NCBI RefSeq assembly: GCF_048593235.1
Contig: NC_133617.1
Location: 31,333,767-31,397,766 of the forward strand
Direction of reading: 5' to 3'
Length of the DNA stretch: 64,000 nt
From: Sminthopsis crassicaudata
Lineage: Eukaryota
Every line of letters begins with the position of its first letter. Position 1 is the first letter of the stretch. Below are positions 1 to 11,110 of this stretch, piece by piece. Position numbers and translations under genes: made by a program. Below the pieces are notes generated by a model. The model was not told the DNA's origin. It ran no database searches and saw nothing but the letters and a program-made list of their open reading frames with translations.

Positions 1-345
1 TCTGCATCTCTACATACACACTAGTCTGAATCATATTCTATTGGAATTGGGCAAGCAACCAATAATATATGACTAAATTCAACAGGATATATTTAAGACT
101 GGTTTGTATATGTGCAGACTCTATACTCTAGGTCTTACTCAATGTAGAAATAATTCTTTACCACTAACTGACTTTTCAGCGCTATAATTGATATTAATAA
201 GGTGATCTATAATGAACAACTTTTTGCATCATGAAACTATACAAATTCAAAGTAATTTCTAATGCTAAGAATATTTAAAGCATAATGAAAATATTATAAG
301 CATGAAATAAGCTTAGAAGGAAAAGAAGCTTAAGACCATACCTAC

Positions 346-460
346 CATGTTTGCAGAAAAGTTGAAAAATCACATGTCCTGTATCAAAACTCGTAAAAAT
401 TCTGCACTTTTCTACATTTCTTTCAAGTGTATTCAGACATCTAAATATGGACAGAACTGG
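346..460 (-). CDS. RAD9B: RAD9B exon 4 (9-1-1 checkpoint clamp subunit); gene continues beyond left edge
   Basis: Encodes PVLSIFRCLNTLERNVEKCRIFTSFDTGHVIFQLFCKH(G), matching RAD9B [22 protein letters not shown]. Acceptor ttgttgcag|, donor |gtaggt; 115 nt, phase 0 to 1. Confidence 0.93.
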
Positions 461-529
461 CTGCAACAACAACAATACATGTAATAAGGATTAAAATTTT
501 TGTTATAAAGAAGCTGTCATAAAAAGAGA

Positions 530-600
530 CAGAGGGATACTGAGAGAGACAAAAAGAGAGATAAAGACAGACAGAGACAGACAGACAGACAGACAGACAA
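530..600 (+). repeat. (GA)/(GACA)n microsatellite
   Basis: gacagacagagacagacagacagacagacagac seen directly. Confidence 0.9.
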
Positions 601-1312
601 ACTGACTATATTTGTATTTACATTTCTAACCCTGTTATAGCCAATCCTATGAGCTTCGTTTTGGGAATGGTAAATAACAATTAAATATAAATTTCAAATG
701 ATATTCAAGTAAAATATTAAACAAAAGGGAGTGAAGTCTCTGAATTAGTAAAGGATCTGAGAAAACCCATTTTTTGATTAAAGAAAAGACAACTGTGAGT
801 CTTCCTAAAAACCAGGCTTCTCAGGATGTTGTGTAATGAATGTCTTTCCATATGCATGTGGAAAGAAAAACAGAAAAAGGTTAGGAACGTGCAAACAGAA
901 AGACGACACTGTCATCACTAAAGACAGTATAGTCCACCTGCCGAAAGACAGGAGAGAACAGAAGTTAGAAAAGGAAAATGAACACCTGCTCTTTAACTAG
1001 CTGTGGGGGAGATGAGGAAGAGGGGAAATGGTGGGAAGTCAGCAGGGGACTCCTGACTGAGTTACTTCACCACCACCACCAATTTCATTTGATGAAATTA
1101 CAGTATTTAAGAGACAGGTACCAGAAATTGTGAGATGTAGCTTGAATCCCTTTCAGACTTTCTGTGACCCAGTTGCATCCTGTAGGGAACAGATAATATA
1201 CTCACTCTGAATGATGTATTTGAGCGTGAAAGGGTTAGGAAATTTGGATGAAATTGGTAGAGAAAATGATTTTGCTTTGGGTGTGTTTTTTCTCTTCCAA
1301 CTCGTTATATGA

Positions 1313-1474
1313 CTTTCTCTGTCTCTCTGTCTCTGTCTCTCTGTTTGTCTCCCTCTGTCTCTGTCTCTATTTCTGTTTTTCTGTTTCTCTGTCTCTGTCT
1401 CGCTCTTTATCTCTATGTCTCTCTGTTTCTCTCTGTTTCTCTGTCTCTGTCTTTGTCTCTCTCTCATACACATA

Positions 1475-1515
<41 letters not shown>

Positions 1516-1516
1516 C
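1313..1516 (+). repeat. Compound (TCTCTG)n + (CA)n microsatellite
   Basis: Degenerate tctctg repeats from about 1313 to 1465, then a (CA)n run to about 1512. Explains the spurious ORFs at 1153-1574. Confidence 0.95.
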
Positions 1517-3056
1517 TTACACATTTAACTACAAGTTTCTGAATAGAGAGAACAAAGGCAAGGAATTTTGCTAATAAATTGACCTAAGGCTTGAAGTATC
1601 AACCTTGAATATACTGGAGAAAACTTTCATCCTAATACAAAAACTCAGATTGAATTAAAAGGGTCCTACTCAAGCTTAAGGATAAAATCAGAGTAAGCAT
1701 GATTAATAAAAATGAAGAATTAATAAGGCATCAAATTATATGCATTTTTCTTTAGCAACTAGATCTTTAGAATAATATGTTTGAGTTTTCCTGTAAGTAC
1801 AGACAATTCAGAATCATGTAATATTTCCTTAATCCTTCCCTCTACTCTCAGGAGAACTCATTCTTTCTTTTTGGCTATGTTCCCTTGACTTGTGTGTATT
1901 ATAGCAAGTTTGAGTTTCCTCAAAGGGTAGCACTTATAATCAATCTTCTCAGAGTCTAAGGGTCAACCCTAGAGAATGATTATTCCTACTACTAACACTG
2001 TAGCGCCCACCAACGTATTTCTTATTAACAAATAAATTACCAATACTCATGAATTAAAACAGTAATCAAAAATGAAAAGCAAATGTAAAATTCATACAAT
2101 ATTCTAACCCTAAAGCCAAATCATCATCTCCTACCAGTATACATAATGTCTAAGGAGTCAGCATGTTCTAAGTCACAAAGTAATGAGACATATATATAGG
2201 GAATATGTGTAACCAGGGATTCTCACAATTCATAAACAGTTAACTTTAAAATCCTCTTTCTGTATGAACAAATGCTTCCACTGCTAAACTGAGTTAATCC
2301 ACCATTCTGGATTAGTATCTTTCTAGACAAGGCAAATCAATTGAATTCACTGATCTGATGGGCTGCTTCTCTGATTCTCCATTTCTAAGCTTTTCCTATG
2401 CTCAACTTGTTCCCTTATAGTAGGTATAATATCTATCACTTTAAGCTTCAAGCTCATAGATGCTTTCAGGTTTGGTGGCCTTCAGTTGAAGGTGTGCTAT
2501 GGTTTTTGGAAAAGGCAAAAGTTATTTTCCCAATATTAGCAAAAAATCTCTCCAACTCTCCTACCTTTGCTGTGATTCACCCATACCTCTCAGTAACAAT
2601 AGTACAACTCAGAAAAGTAACAACTTTGTTTTCTTTTCACCAAGAGTTGGTGATAGAGAGCAAACTATATTTTTCTCCTCTCCTTTACAGCAACTAAATA
2701 TATATTTTTTAAATGTGTAATTGCCCCATTGTATATAAATCAACAAATGTTGCTCAAAACACTCAGCAACTGCTTTTATTTAAAATACATAAATAGATAA
2801 GTACTAGATGAGTGAACTATCAAATTACCCTCCTTATAATTATAAAAAAGGGTTAATGAATAGAAAATAATGAAAACTTTTTCTCTCTCAGTTAATTTCA
2901 TCAATGGGAATTCCTGCTCTTTGAATCATGTTGCCATAACCAAGATATTGATTAGAGCTAATGAAGTTGCAAAGAATAAATGATCAACATTTTGAGTACT
3001 GAATTCACACATTTAGCCTTAAGTAATAGCAAAGTTACACCTAAAAATGATAAACA

Positions 3057-3226
3057 CAGAAGAACTGCACAAGTTTAATCTATATTGGTTACTTGCTATA
3101 GAAGAGAGGGGAGAAAGGGAGAAGAAGGGAGAAAAATTTGGAACACAAGGTTTTGCAAAAGTGAATACTGAAAATTATCTTTGTGTGTATTAAGAAAAAT
3201 AGGAAGCTATTATTATTTTTAAAAAT
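3057..3226 (+). mobile_element. 5'-truncated L1 3' UTR fragment with target-site duplication
   Basis: Marsupial L1 3' motif (ggagaaaaatttggaacacaaggttttgcaaaagtgaat) flanked by AATGATAAACA at 3046-3056 and 3227-3237. Confidence 0.7.
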
Positions 3227-3319
3227 AATGATAAACATAACAATAGAATGAGCAAAAGACTACCTGTATAATGTAAATTCAATGTAATAGGCCAATGGGT
3301 GAGTTATTTTTATAAAATA

Positions 3320-3830
3320 CATTTTAATTATATCTTTTGGTCTTATATCACCTACATTTGCAACTGAATCCCTATCCCATTCCTTTCCAGAGAGCTACCC
3401 TTTATAATAAAGGGAAAAAGGAAGAAATTAATATTCACTAAAACTAAGAAACATATAGAAAAATCTACCACTATACATAATGTTCCATACTCATGGTTTC
3501 CTGCTTGTGCAGAAATGAAGGAAGGGGAAGGAAAGATGTCTTCTAATATATTAAATTTTTTTCTCAGGGGCCAATCTTGATGTCAAAGAATTCATTTTCA
3601 AGTTTTTTTCTTCTTATTTTCTCTGTTTATATTGTTGTAAATATTGTCAAGAAAACAGTACTTCTTGGTTCTGCTTACTTCATTTTGTATTAGTTTATAT
3701 AAGTCTTCCCATGCTTTTTTGTACTCACTTTAGTCATTGTTTCTTATAGCACAGTAATATTATGAGCACATTTAACTAATCTCCAGATGATGTTCTTTGC
3801 TACCACAAAAGTATGCTAGTAATTAAAGGT
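3320..3830 (-). mobile_element. Old L1 3' region fragment
   Basis: Resembles marsupial L1 3' UTR in reverse (ggttctgcttacttcattttgtattagtttatataagtcttccc). Recognised from memory only. Confidence 0.5.
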
Positions 3831-4081
3831 GTTCCAAAAGTCGTAGTGCAGTTTTAAATTTAAAACATTCTGTGTTAATTACTTGCTTAAATGTTATATC
3901 TTCTAGGATTCTAGGCTTACAAGGAACAGATACTCTTTTATAAATAACTGTTGCATTGAATGTTCTAATTTAAACCAAAATATAAAGAATTTATGTTTTT
4001 GTTCTATATACCAAACATTCCCACTACAAACTGGAACATACACTGTAAAAAACTCACTTCCCTCAGTCCACTATGATTTAC

Positions 4082-4231
4082 CTTCATTCCTAATTTACAT
4101 TTTAAATTCAATGACTTGTTTCTGCCACACATTTCAGATGTAGTCGTCCATTGGTACAGTTGAAAGAATGCAACTGGGAATAAAACACTTCCATAAGCTG
4201 ATCTGCAAGAATTCATGGACCGAAGTCCAAA
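4082..4231 (-). CDS. RAD9B: RAD9B exon 3
   Basis: FGLRSMNSCRSAYGSVLFPVAFFQLYQWTTTSEMCGRNKSLNLKCKLGMK (cf. RAD9B [28 protein letters not shown]...LKCKLGMK). ttctcccag| and |gtaaat; 150 nt. Confidence 0.95.
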
Positions 4232-4387
4232 CTGGGAGAAAAAAAAAAGCAAATGAATTTTTATTAAATAACACCAAGAAAATGAATATTTTAATATCTT
4301 AAAACTTAGGTATATAAAACTGTAGTATATAAGCACTATGCTCTAATAGTTTTATTTATATAAAAAATACAATCTAGTACTAACCAT

Positions 4388-5453
4388 AGGTGTTCCAGGG
4401 GGCTTGATGCTGGACCTTCTTCCTAGTACTACATTATGTTACTGAGTGATCTCATTACCTTCCAGGAATTTAATTATCATCTCAATGTTGAGGATTGTCA
4501 AATCTCTTATTCAGCCCTAAACTTTAATCTATCAGTTTCCCATGTCCAAATGCTTTTCAAACATCTTATAGTGGATTTACATTAAACATCTTAAATGCAA
4601 CATGTCCAAAACTAAAGTCATTACCTTCCCCCCCTATACACTATGTCCCTTCCAAAGTTTTCTATACTATAGAGGGCAACATCATGCTCTTAGTCCCTCA
4701 GGCTCATAAGACCTAGAAGTAATCCTCAATTCCTCAGTATCTCCCTTCCCACCTTCCTTCTCATATCAAAGTCCACTGAATTAACCTTTGTAATATCTCT
4801 CAAATACATCTTCTTTCCTCTGATACTGCTACCATCCTGATGCAGAGCCTCATCACCTCAAATTTGGACTATTGGTTAGTCTGCCTCCCAAATCTCTCCC
4901 TTCTCCTACCCATCATCCATTTAATCAACAAAATGATTTTTTTAAAGCATTCTGTCATCCCCACACCTAATATGCTCCAGTGGTTCACTATCACCTCTAA
5001 AAGAAACTACAAAGTTCTTTGATGTTCAAAGTTCTTCGTAACCTACTTCCCCTCCCCACCTCTGCCCCTGCCTACACACCTTTTCAGTCTTTTTATACTT
5101 CATCCCCCTCCATACTCTTCAATGCAGTGATACTAGCCTCCTTGCTCTTTCTTGAATAAGACTCCAAAACTTGACTCCAGACACTTTGCTGACTGTAATG
5201 CTTTCCCTCATTTCCATCTACTGCCTTCTTTCAGTAAAACTCCATATTCCACAAAAAGCTTCTTAATTCTAATGCTTCCCTCCTGTTCCCCATTTCCAAT
5301 TTATCCTATATAATTTGTACATATATGTTTCCATGTTGCCTTCCTCATTGTACTATGAGCATCTTAAGAACAGGCACTAATTTTTTTGCCTTATTTTGTA
5401 TTCCCAGTGCTTAGCACATAGTAGGCATTTAATAAGTGTTGATTTTACTGACT
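4388..5453 (+). mobile_element. L2 LINE 3' portion
   Basis: Typical L2 blocks (aacatgtccaaaactaaa; gccctcatcacctca...ggactat) and L2 tail gcacatagtaggcatttaataagtgttg. Confidence 0.8.
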
Positions 5454-5663
5454 GGAATGGCTCAAGTTAGCTATATTTGAGAAATTGTTTATTTTTTAAA
5501 AGAAGTTATATTTTTAAAACATTTAAGATAAGGAAAAAAGTTATAACAATGAAAGTAATTCTCTTGCATTTTTCATCTTATGGTGAACACTGAAATTGGA
5601 TTAAGATCTCCAAAAGATTTCCTTTGCTTTTATATTTGATCTGTTAGGTTAATTTTTACTTAC

Positions 5664-5734
5664 ACCTTTTTCATTTGGATAGAGCCACAGATCCTCACTG
5701 ATTCGAGCTAAAGCATGGATTGCTCTCCCAAACA
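5664..5734 (-). CDS. RAD9B: RAD9B exon 2
   Basis: (V)FGRAIHALARISEDLWLYPNEKG vs RAD9B [24 protein letters not shown]. ctctatag| and |gtaagt; 71 nt, phase 1 to 0. Missed by the ORF track. Confidence 0.95.
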
Positions 5735-6816
5735 CTATAGAGAAAAAGAAGAGTGGTCTTTAAACTCTTTTCCTGTCATTAATGATAAAAATGCATATAG
5801 ACTTCACAAAAAAAGGTGATTATATCTAATCAAATTAATAGATTTTGCAGTATCTTATTCAATAGACGGTATCAAAGATCCAGGGTCAATCTCCTATTAT
5901 AGATACAGAGATTGTTGTAGAGGATAACTCCCATCATATGTTTCTGTGGGCCCTATCAAAGATAACACAGGCCTATATAAACCCTCTTGCATTTCCTAAT
6001 CCAGAGTAGCTTTGCTATGTCTCTATGAAGAAGAAATAAGAAATTAATTCATTTTTGAAATCTCTTTGTTTATAGTTTTGTTTATTCGATACTGGATAAC
6101 ATGAGCCTCCATTTCATCTTTCAGCTGCCTTTCTTGGAGGCTTCAGAAGTAGGCAGCAATGATATGATTTTGCCTCACCTTTATATAAGACATGATTCCC
6201 ACAAATCTACTGCTGTCAAATAATAGCACATTTTACAGCACTTAAAGCTCCCAAAATAAATTGTGCAGGTCACATCATCATCAATTTACAGAGGATGAAA
6301 CTAAGGGGGTAAAGTGAACTGCCCAGGTAAGTTTTAACTAACAAATACAATATTTAACTCCTGATGTTAGGAGTCTAAAGAGATATGTTAGGGAATAGAT
6401 ATTCCTAACAAGTATGGGTTGCACTCATTGGTCGTTGAAGTTCAGTTCAACTCTAAAATTCTGTAAATACCAGTGCTCTTCACACTACACCTTGGTGGAG
6501 AGAGTAATGAATCTGAAATCAAGAGCCAGCTTTGAATTTGTCCTAAGACACTAGCTATGGACTTAGAACATGTGTCTGAACCTTTCTCAGCCTCAGATTC
6601 CTCATCTATAAAATCAGAATAATAATAATGCCTTCCTCAAAAGGTTGTTTTGAGAATCAAATGAAATGCAATTCATATGAGACAATAGCCATACTTTTAG
6701 ACTCCCTATACTTGCCTTACTTTTGGAGACTCCCTATACTTGCTCTCAAATCTGTGTCCTAAATCATCAGAGAAGGACTACTAAGTTTCTAGGATATAAA
6801 ATGTAGGAAATTACAT

Positions 6817-7158
6817 CTTTTTTTTTCCTCAATAGTATTTTATTTTTCCATTGACATGTAAAGATGATTTTAAATACTCATTTTTATAAGATTTTGAGTT
6901 CCAAATTTTTTCTCCCTACTTCCTTTACTTCTTCCTTTACAGGTAAAGCTCATAGAAGTTATACATATAGCATCATTTAAAATATATTTCCATATTTGTC
7001 ATGCTGTGAAATAAAATCTCAGAACAGAAGGCAAAAAAAAAAAAAATAACCCACAAGAAAGAAAAAGCAAACAACAAATAAAGAAGTGAAAATATTCAGT
7101 CTCCATATTTCTCCCTGGGGTTAAGAATGACATTTTCAATCTCAAGTTTATTGGAATT
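6817..7158 (-). mobile_element. L1 3' end fragment
   Basis: Poly-T followed by reverse L1 3' UTR (ataagattttgagttccaaattttttctcc). Confidence 0.65.
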
Positions 7159-8166
7159 GTAGATGACTACTTCTAAAAGAACACCTCGCAATCCCTGCCT
7201 GTGTGTTTCCTTTTAATTTAGCCCGCAGATACAATTAGTTCTTAGCAAAGTTATTTACTAAAATGACTCAGTAAGAACAGCAACTACAAAACTAATAATA
7301 TCCCCATACTAGATGCACTGGAATGGATGCACTCTTCTACAAATACATTCAGCATTGTATGGAAGAATGCTTGTAAGGGATACATTAGAAACATTTGTGG
7401 CCAAGACAACTCACAAATCCAGAACTTGAGGGACTTGATGTCTTTTCTTTCACAAAGCTTTCTCCTTTCCCCTCTTCCCTGGACATAATGTCTCTATTGG
7501 GCACGTGCTCAGCTGAGCTCCTAGAATTTTTTCTCCACAGCTTGTCTTTCAATTACCAGGACTAGCTTTCTTTTAACACCATAGGTGACTCTCTTCTTTG
7601 CTGCCAGATGTCCAGTCCTAGAAGCTGCTTTTGGTCTCAAGAGGTTACTCCCTGATATTCCTATCAGTCTGAAATATGGATCTCTGTTCCCTCAACAGTG
7701 CCCTGAAATATGGAACTGCTCTAAAACTGCTAGATAGGTTGTCTCTTTCTGGCCAAGAAGCCCTGCTACTAGATGCCAGGTTTTGAAACCAGTTATCATA
7801 ATGTATAAGCTTTGTGATTTCATTAGTGATAACTCCAAAAGTGACAACTTCCATTCAAACAGATAAGCAACTCATTCATAACTTCTAGCCTGGAGGTTGC
7901 CTGGAAGCCTGAGCAGGTAAGTAACTATCTAAGATTATAGGGACACTATTTATCAGAGGTAGAATCTGAACACCTGCTGCTGCCAAGGCCCAGGCCTCTA
8001 TCCACTCCACTGTATTGCGGATTATAGGTTTATAGAACATTAGAGCTGGAAAGAACCTTAATGCTCACGAAGTACATTTTACAGATTTCACAGTGAAGAA
8101 AAATAACTTCCAAGGAAGCATGAATTAGAAGGCTAAAATTTAAACTCAGTTCAAGTCATTATAGAC

Positions 8167-8352
8167 CAGGGGTTCTCAAACTGCAGCCCGAGGCCCAGAT
8201 GCGCCACTGAGGACGTTTATGCGGCCCGCCAGTTATGGCAAATGGGCTGAGGGCGGAGATAGAGTGGGAGCTTTTGTTTTACTATAGTCCGGTCTCCCAC
8301 AGTCTGAGGGACAGGGAACCAGCCCCCTATTTAAAAAGTTTGAGAACCCCTG
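8167..8352. mobile_element. hAT MITE, OC1 (OposCharlie1)-type non-autonomous element
   Basis: Perfect 16-bp TIRs CAGGGGTTCTCAAACT (8167-8182) / AGTTTGAGAACCCCTG (8337-8352); 186 bp; flanks TTATAGAC / GTCTAGAG resemble the Charlie NTCTAGAN target. Internal ttttactatagtccgg...agtctgagggacag...ccccctatttaaaaag matches the OC1 MITE consensus as I recall it. Confidence 0.85.
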
Positions 8353-9196
8353 GTCTAGAGCCTTTACTCTTTTCAGTTCAGTTATGTTTCTGTCCTGTCT
8401 AACTCTCCTTTGGGGTTTTCTTAGCAAAAATACTAGAGTGATTTGCTATTTCCTACAGATGAGGAAACTGAGGCAAACAGGGTGAAGTGACTTGTCTGAA
8501 GCCAGATTTGAGCTCGGTGAGATGAGTCTTCCTGCTTCCAGGTGTGGTGTTCTGCCTGCCACGGGACCAACCGGCCACCCTTTTCCTCTGTTAATTATTC
8601 CCTCTTTTTCTCGTATATGTTTGTTTGCATGTTGTCTCCCCCATTAGATTATAAGCTATTTGAGGTTAAGAACTATCTTTTGTCTCTTTTAGCACAATGT
8701 CTGGCACACAGTAGGTGCTTAATAAATGCTGACTGAAATGACAACTATTATATTTTCAAGGACAAACATACAGGAAGAGGAAGGATTCAGCTACAAGACC
8801 ATGATTTAAAGGTGAAAGAAGCCATAAAGAAATAGAATCAATGCTTGCCCTCATTTTACAGAGAGGGAAACTGAGGCTCATAGAAAGGACGCCCCTTGTC
8901 CAGGACTAAACAGATTTTAGGTGGGGTAGAGTCGCAGGAGTTCCATCTGGACCCTCTGACTCCCAATCCATAGTCACGGAATGTCCAAAGTATTCGGCCT
9001 ACACTTGAGGCACACTGAGGCCCAGAGATGTTCCGCCACTTTCCCAAGAACACACAGCACGACACGGCGGGATCAGAATCCCAATCCGGGTCAGGTTTAG
9101 TAGGAGAGCTGACAGATTTGACCCTCGCCATTTTACAGAGGGGGAAACTGAGGCAGCTCCCCTGGGCCCGGAAGGCGGCTGGGTCGGCGGCGGCAC

Positions 9197-9230
9197 CTTT
9201 CACTTGCTGGTTGTCCATCTCACACTTCAT
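9197..9230 (-). CDS. RAD9B: RAD9B coding exon 1
   Basis: ATG AAG TGT GAG ATG GAC AAC CAG CAA GTG AAA G = MKCEMDNQQVK(V), cf. RAD9B LKCVMSGSQVKV and RAD9A MKCLVTGGNVKV. Phase 1 fits exon 2. Donor |gtgccg is weak. Confidence 0.85.
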
Positions 9231-9559
9231 CTTCTCCAAGGTGGGGAGAGGAGTCTCCAAGCGGAGGGTACGGTCACAAGACCTCCCCAGCGCGAGCGAC
9301 ACCGCCCAGCGCGTGATCAGAAGCGCCCCGGGCTTCCCGCTCTTTCCGGGTCGGCCTCATCCCCGGACTTCCGGCAGTCTGTGTCCTCGCGCGTTGCCGC
9401 TTCGCCTAACGGGGAATCGAGACCTCTCCGGGCCGCCGTCGCCGCCTCGGAGCTGAAGCTCGTTTTCATTGGCCGAGCTCTCGGTGGGCGGGTTCCTAGG
9501 GAAGCTGAGGAAGGAGGCGGCGGCGGCGGTTGCTGTGGCGGAGCGGGGCCGGTGACAGG

Positions 9560-9562
9560 ATG
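9560..9562 (+). CDS. VPS29: VPS29 coding exon 1 (ATG only)
   Basis: ggtgacaggATG|gtgaga in the CpG island. ATG-only first exon joins LVLVLGD to give the canonical [15 protein letters not shown] start; total 549 nt = 182 aa + stop. Confidence 0.9.
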
Positions 9563-10094
9563 GTGAGAGCGGCGGCCCGAGGAGTAGTCCCGAGCGAGGA
9601 GGGAGACGGGGAGCGGGTGGAGGCGAAGGGAAGAAGCGGAGGCCGCGGCGAGTAGGAGTGGAAGCGGAGGGAGGACCCGCACCGGCTCCGGCCGTGTCAG
9701 GCCCGGGCTCCCGAGCTGCGTGGCCCTGGGGAGCGGAGCCCGAGGGGTGTCTCCTACTCGGCCCCGGGACAAGCTCCCTGCACCGCTTCGCCGCCCTCCC
9801 CGGCCAGCAGTTTCTCCCGAGTCACGAGACCCGTGCCCCCAGCCCCAGGCCGAGGGTCACTGGCGGGGAGGCCGGACGCCGGGGTCCGCCGCGTCACATG
9901 ATCACTCAGCCAGAGGCACTCCCGGGGCCTTAGCTGGGAAAGGAGCCGGGCCGGCGTCCTCTGGCCTCCTATCCGTGACAACCTCGGCGGCGGGAAGGTC
10001 TGGTCTCCCCCGCGTAACCGCAGGCGAGCCCCTTCCCCCTTCCGGGACCCCTAAAACCTTTCGGTTATCGAATCAGAACGGGGAGGGGGGCTTT

Positions 10095-10192
10095 TAGAGA
10101 TAATTTGCCCCAATGGGGGGGAAATAGAAGGAGCAGAGCTGAGATTCGAACCCCGAACCTCTCCGATCCCTCTTGTAGCGTTCTTAACCCCT
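10095..10192 (-). mobile_element. MIR/CORE-SINE head with intact B box
   Basis: Minus strand ggggttaagaacg...ggttcgaatctcagctctgc...ttggggcaaattatc aligns to the MIR head and core; CpGs retained at the island edge. Confidence 0.6.
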
Positions 10193-10883
10193 TCCGGGTC
10201 TGAAACTCTCGGAAGTCTCAGCGGCCTTTTGCGACAGGCCTGTCATATGCCTCCCCCTAGGTTAAGTCATATGCCTCCGAGATTATGCCGAATATTCAAG
10301 TATTTTATTTCTTTATGGCCTTGGGGATGAGTGGCTTAATCTGGGCCATTCAGCTTTCGAGTAAGTTTGTGGCTGGATTTGAACCGAGGTCCACCTGACT
10401 TTGGGACCGGCACTGTCCTTGGAGCCAGCCACCTAGTTGCTCGGAGTATTAAGCAGAAATTGATTTCCAGTTTCCATTTCAAATTCTTTGAAGAAAGGGA
10501 CTTTCTTAGAATGGAAGGGGTCTCCTGGTAACTGCTACTTTCTGCCTGGGTAACTTTGGGCAAATCCCTCTTTCAGACCCTCACTTTGCTCACCTGTGAA
10601 AATAAGGAATTGGGAGTTCCCTGAAACCTTCTCATGAACCTTTTGGTTTTCCGGTGAACCCTTCTGAGAATGGTGTTTTTAATGAATAAGTTAAAACATA
10701 GTATTACAGGAAACAAATTATATTGAAATGCAGATAACAATTTTAAAAAAGAATCCTACAAATAAAATTTTTTAAGCATCCTAAAGTAGATGTCTTGTGA
10801 GATACCTTTGATTATTGAGGGTTTAGATAAATTTTTCTATTGAAGGCGTATTAAGCAGTATTAAACTCTGGTCTTCCTAAGTC

Positions 10884-11110
10884 AGGGGTTCATAACCTCA
10901 GTTCCTGGATCATCAGGGGTCAATAGATCAGTTTTAAAGTATCCCTGAAGATGGCTGGGAAGAAAATTGCACTTTATTTTCCCTTGCTTCTAAATCAAAT
11001 TTAGTATTTTCTTCAGTTATTTAAAAACATTATTTTGACAAAGGGATCTGTAGCTTTACTGGTTTTCCAAAAAGGTGGATCCTTGGCATAAAAAAAGTTA
11101 AGACTTTTCT
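10884..11110 (+). mobile_element. hAT-Charlie family MITE (old)
   Basis: caggggttcataacct start, aaacattattttgacaaagggatctgtag...aaaaaagttaagac end. A related reverse fragment lies at about 10606-10790. Confidence 0.6.

Larger units (their letters stand above)
9000..10250. promoter_or_regulatory. CpG island / bidirectional promoter RAD9B-VPS29
   Basis: High GC and CpG density; divergent ATGs at 9230(-) and 9560(+). ETS ACTTCCGG 9367-9374, reverse CCAAT 9468-9472, GC box 9486-9491. Confidence 0.9.

Noticed and set aside
1153-1574. Three overlapping ORFs (RQRQR / SLSLS / HTHT)
   Set aside because: Translations of (TCTCTG)n and (CA)n microsatellites.
7450-7860. Coding-looking stretch and 69-aa ORF in RAD9B intron 1
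   Set aside because: No recognisable protein similarity or splice-phase fit; probably an old LINE remnant that I cannot classify.
8856-10097. Many 70-150 aa ORFs on both strands (also at 39.1-40.8 kb and 62.7-63.8 kb)
   Set aside because: Stop-codon depletion in CpG islands; Pro/Arg/Gly-rich, no homology signal, mostly non-ATG starts.
10131-10192. tRNA-like sequence with GGTTCGAATC B box
   Set aside because: No cloverleaf or acceptor stem; continues into MIR core sequence, so it is a SINE head.
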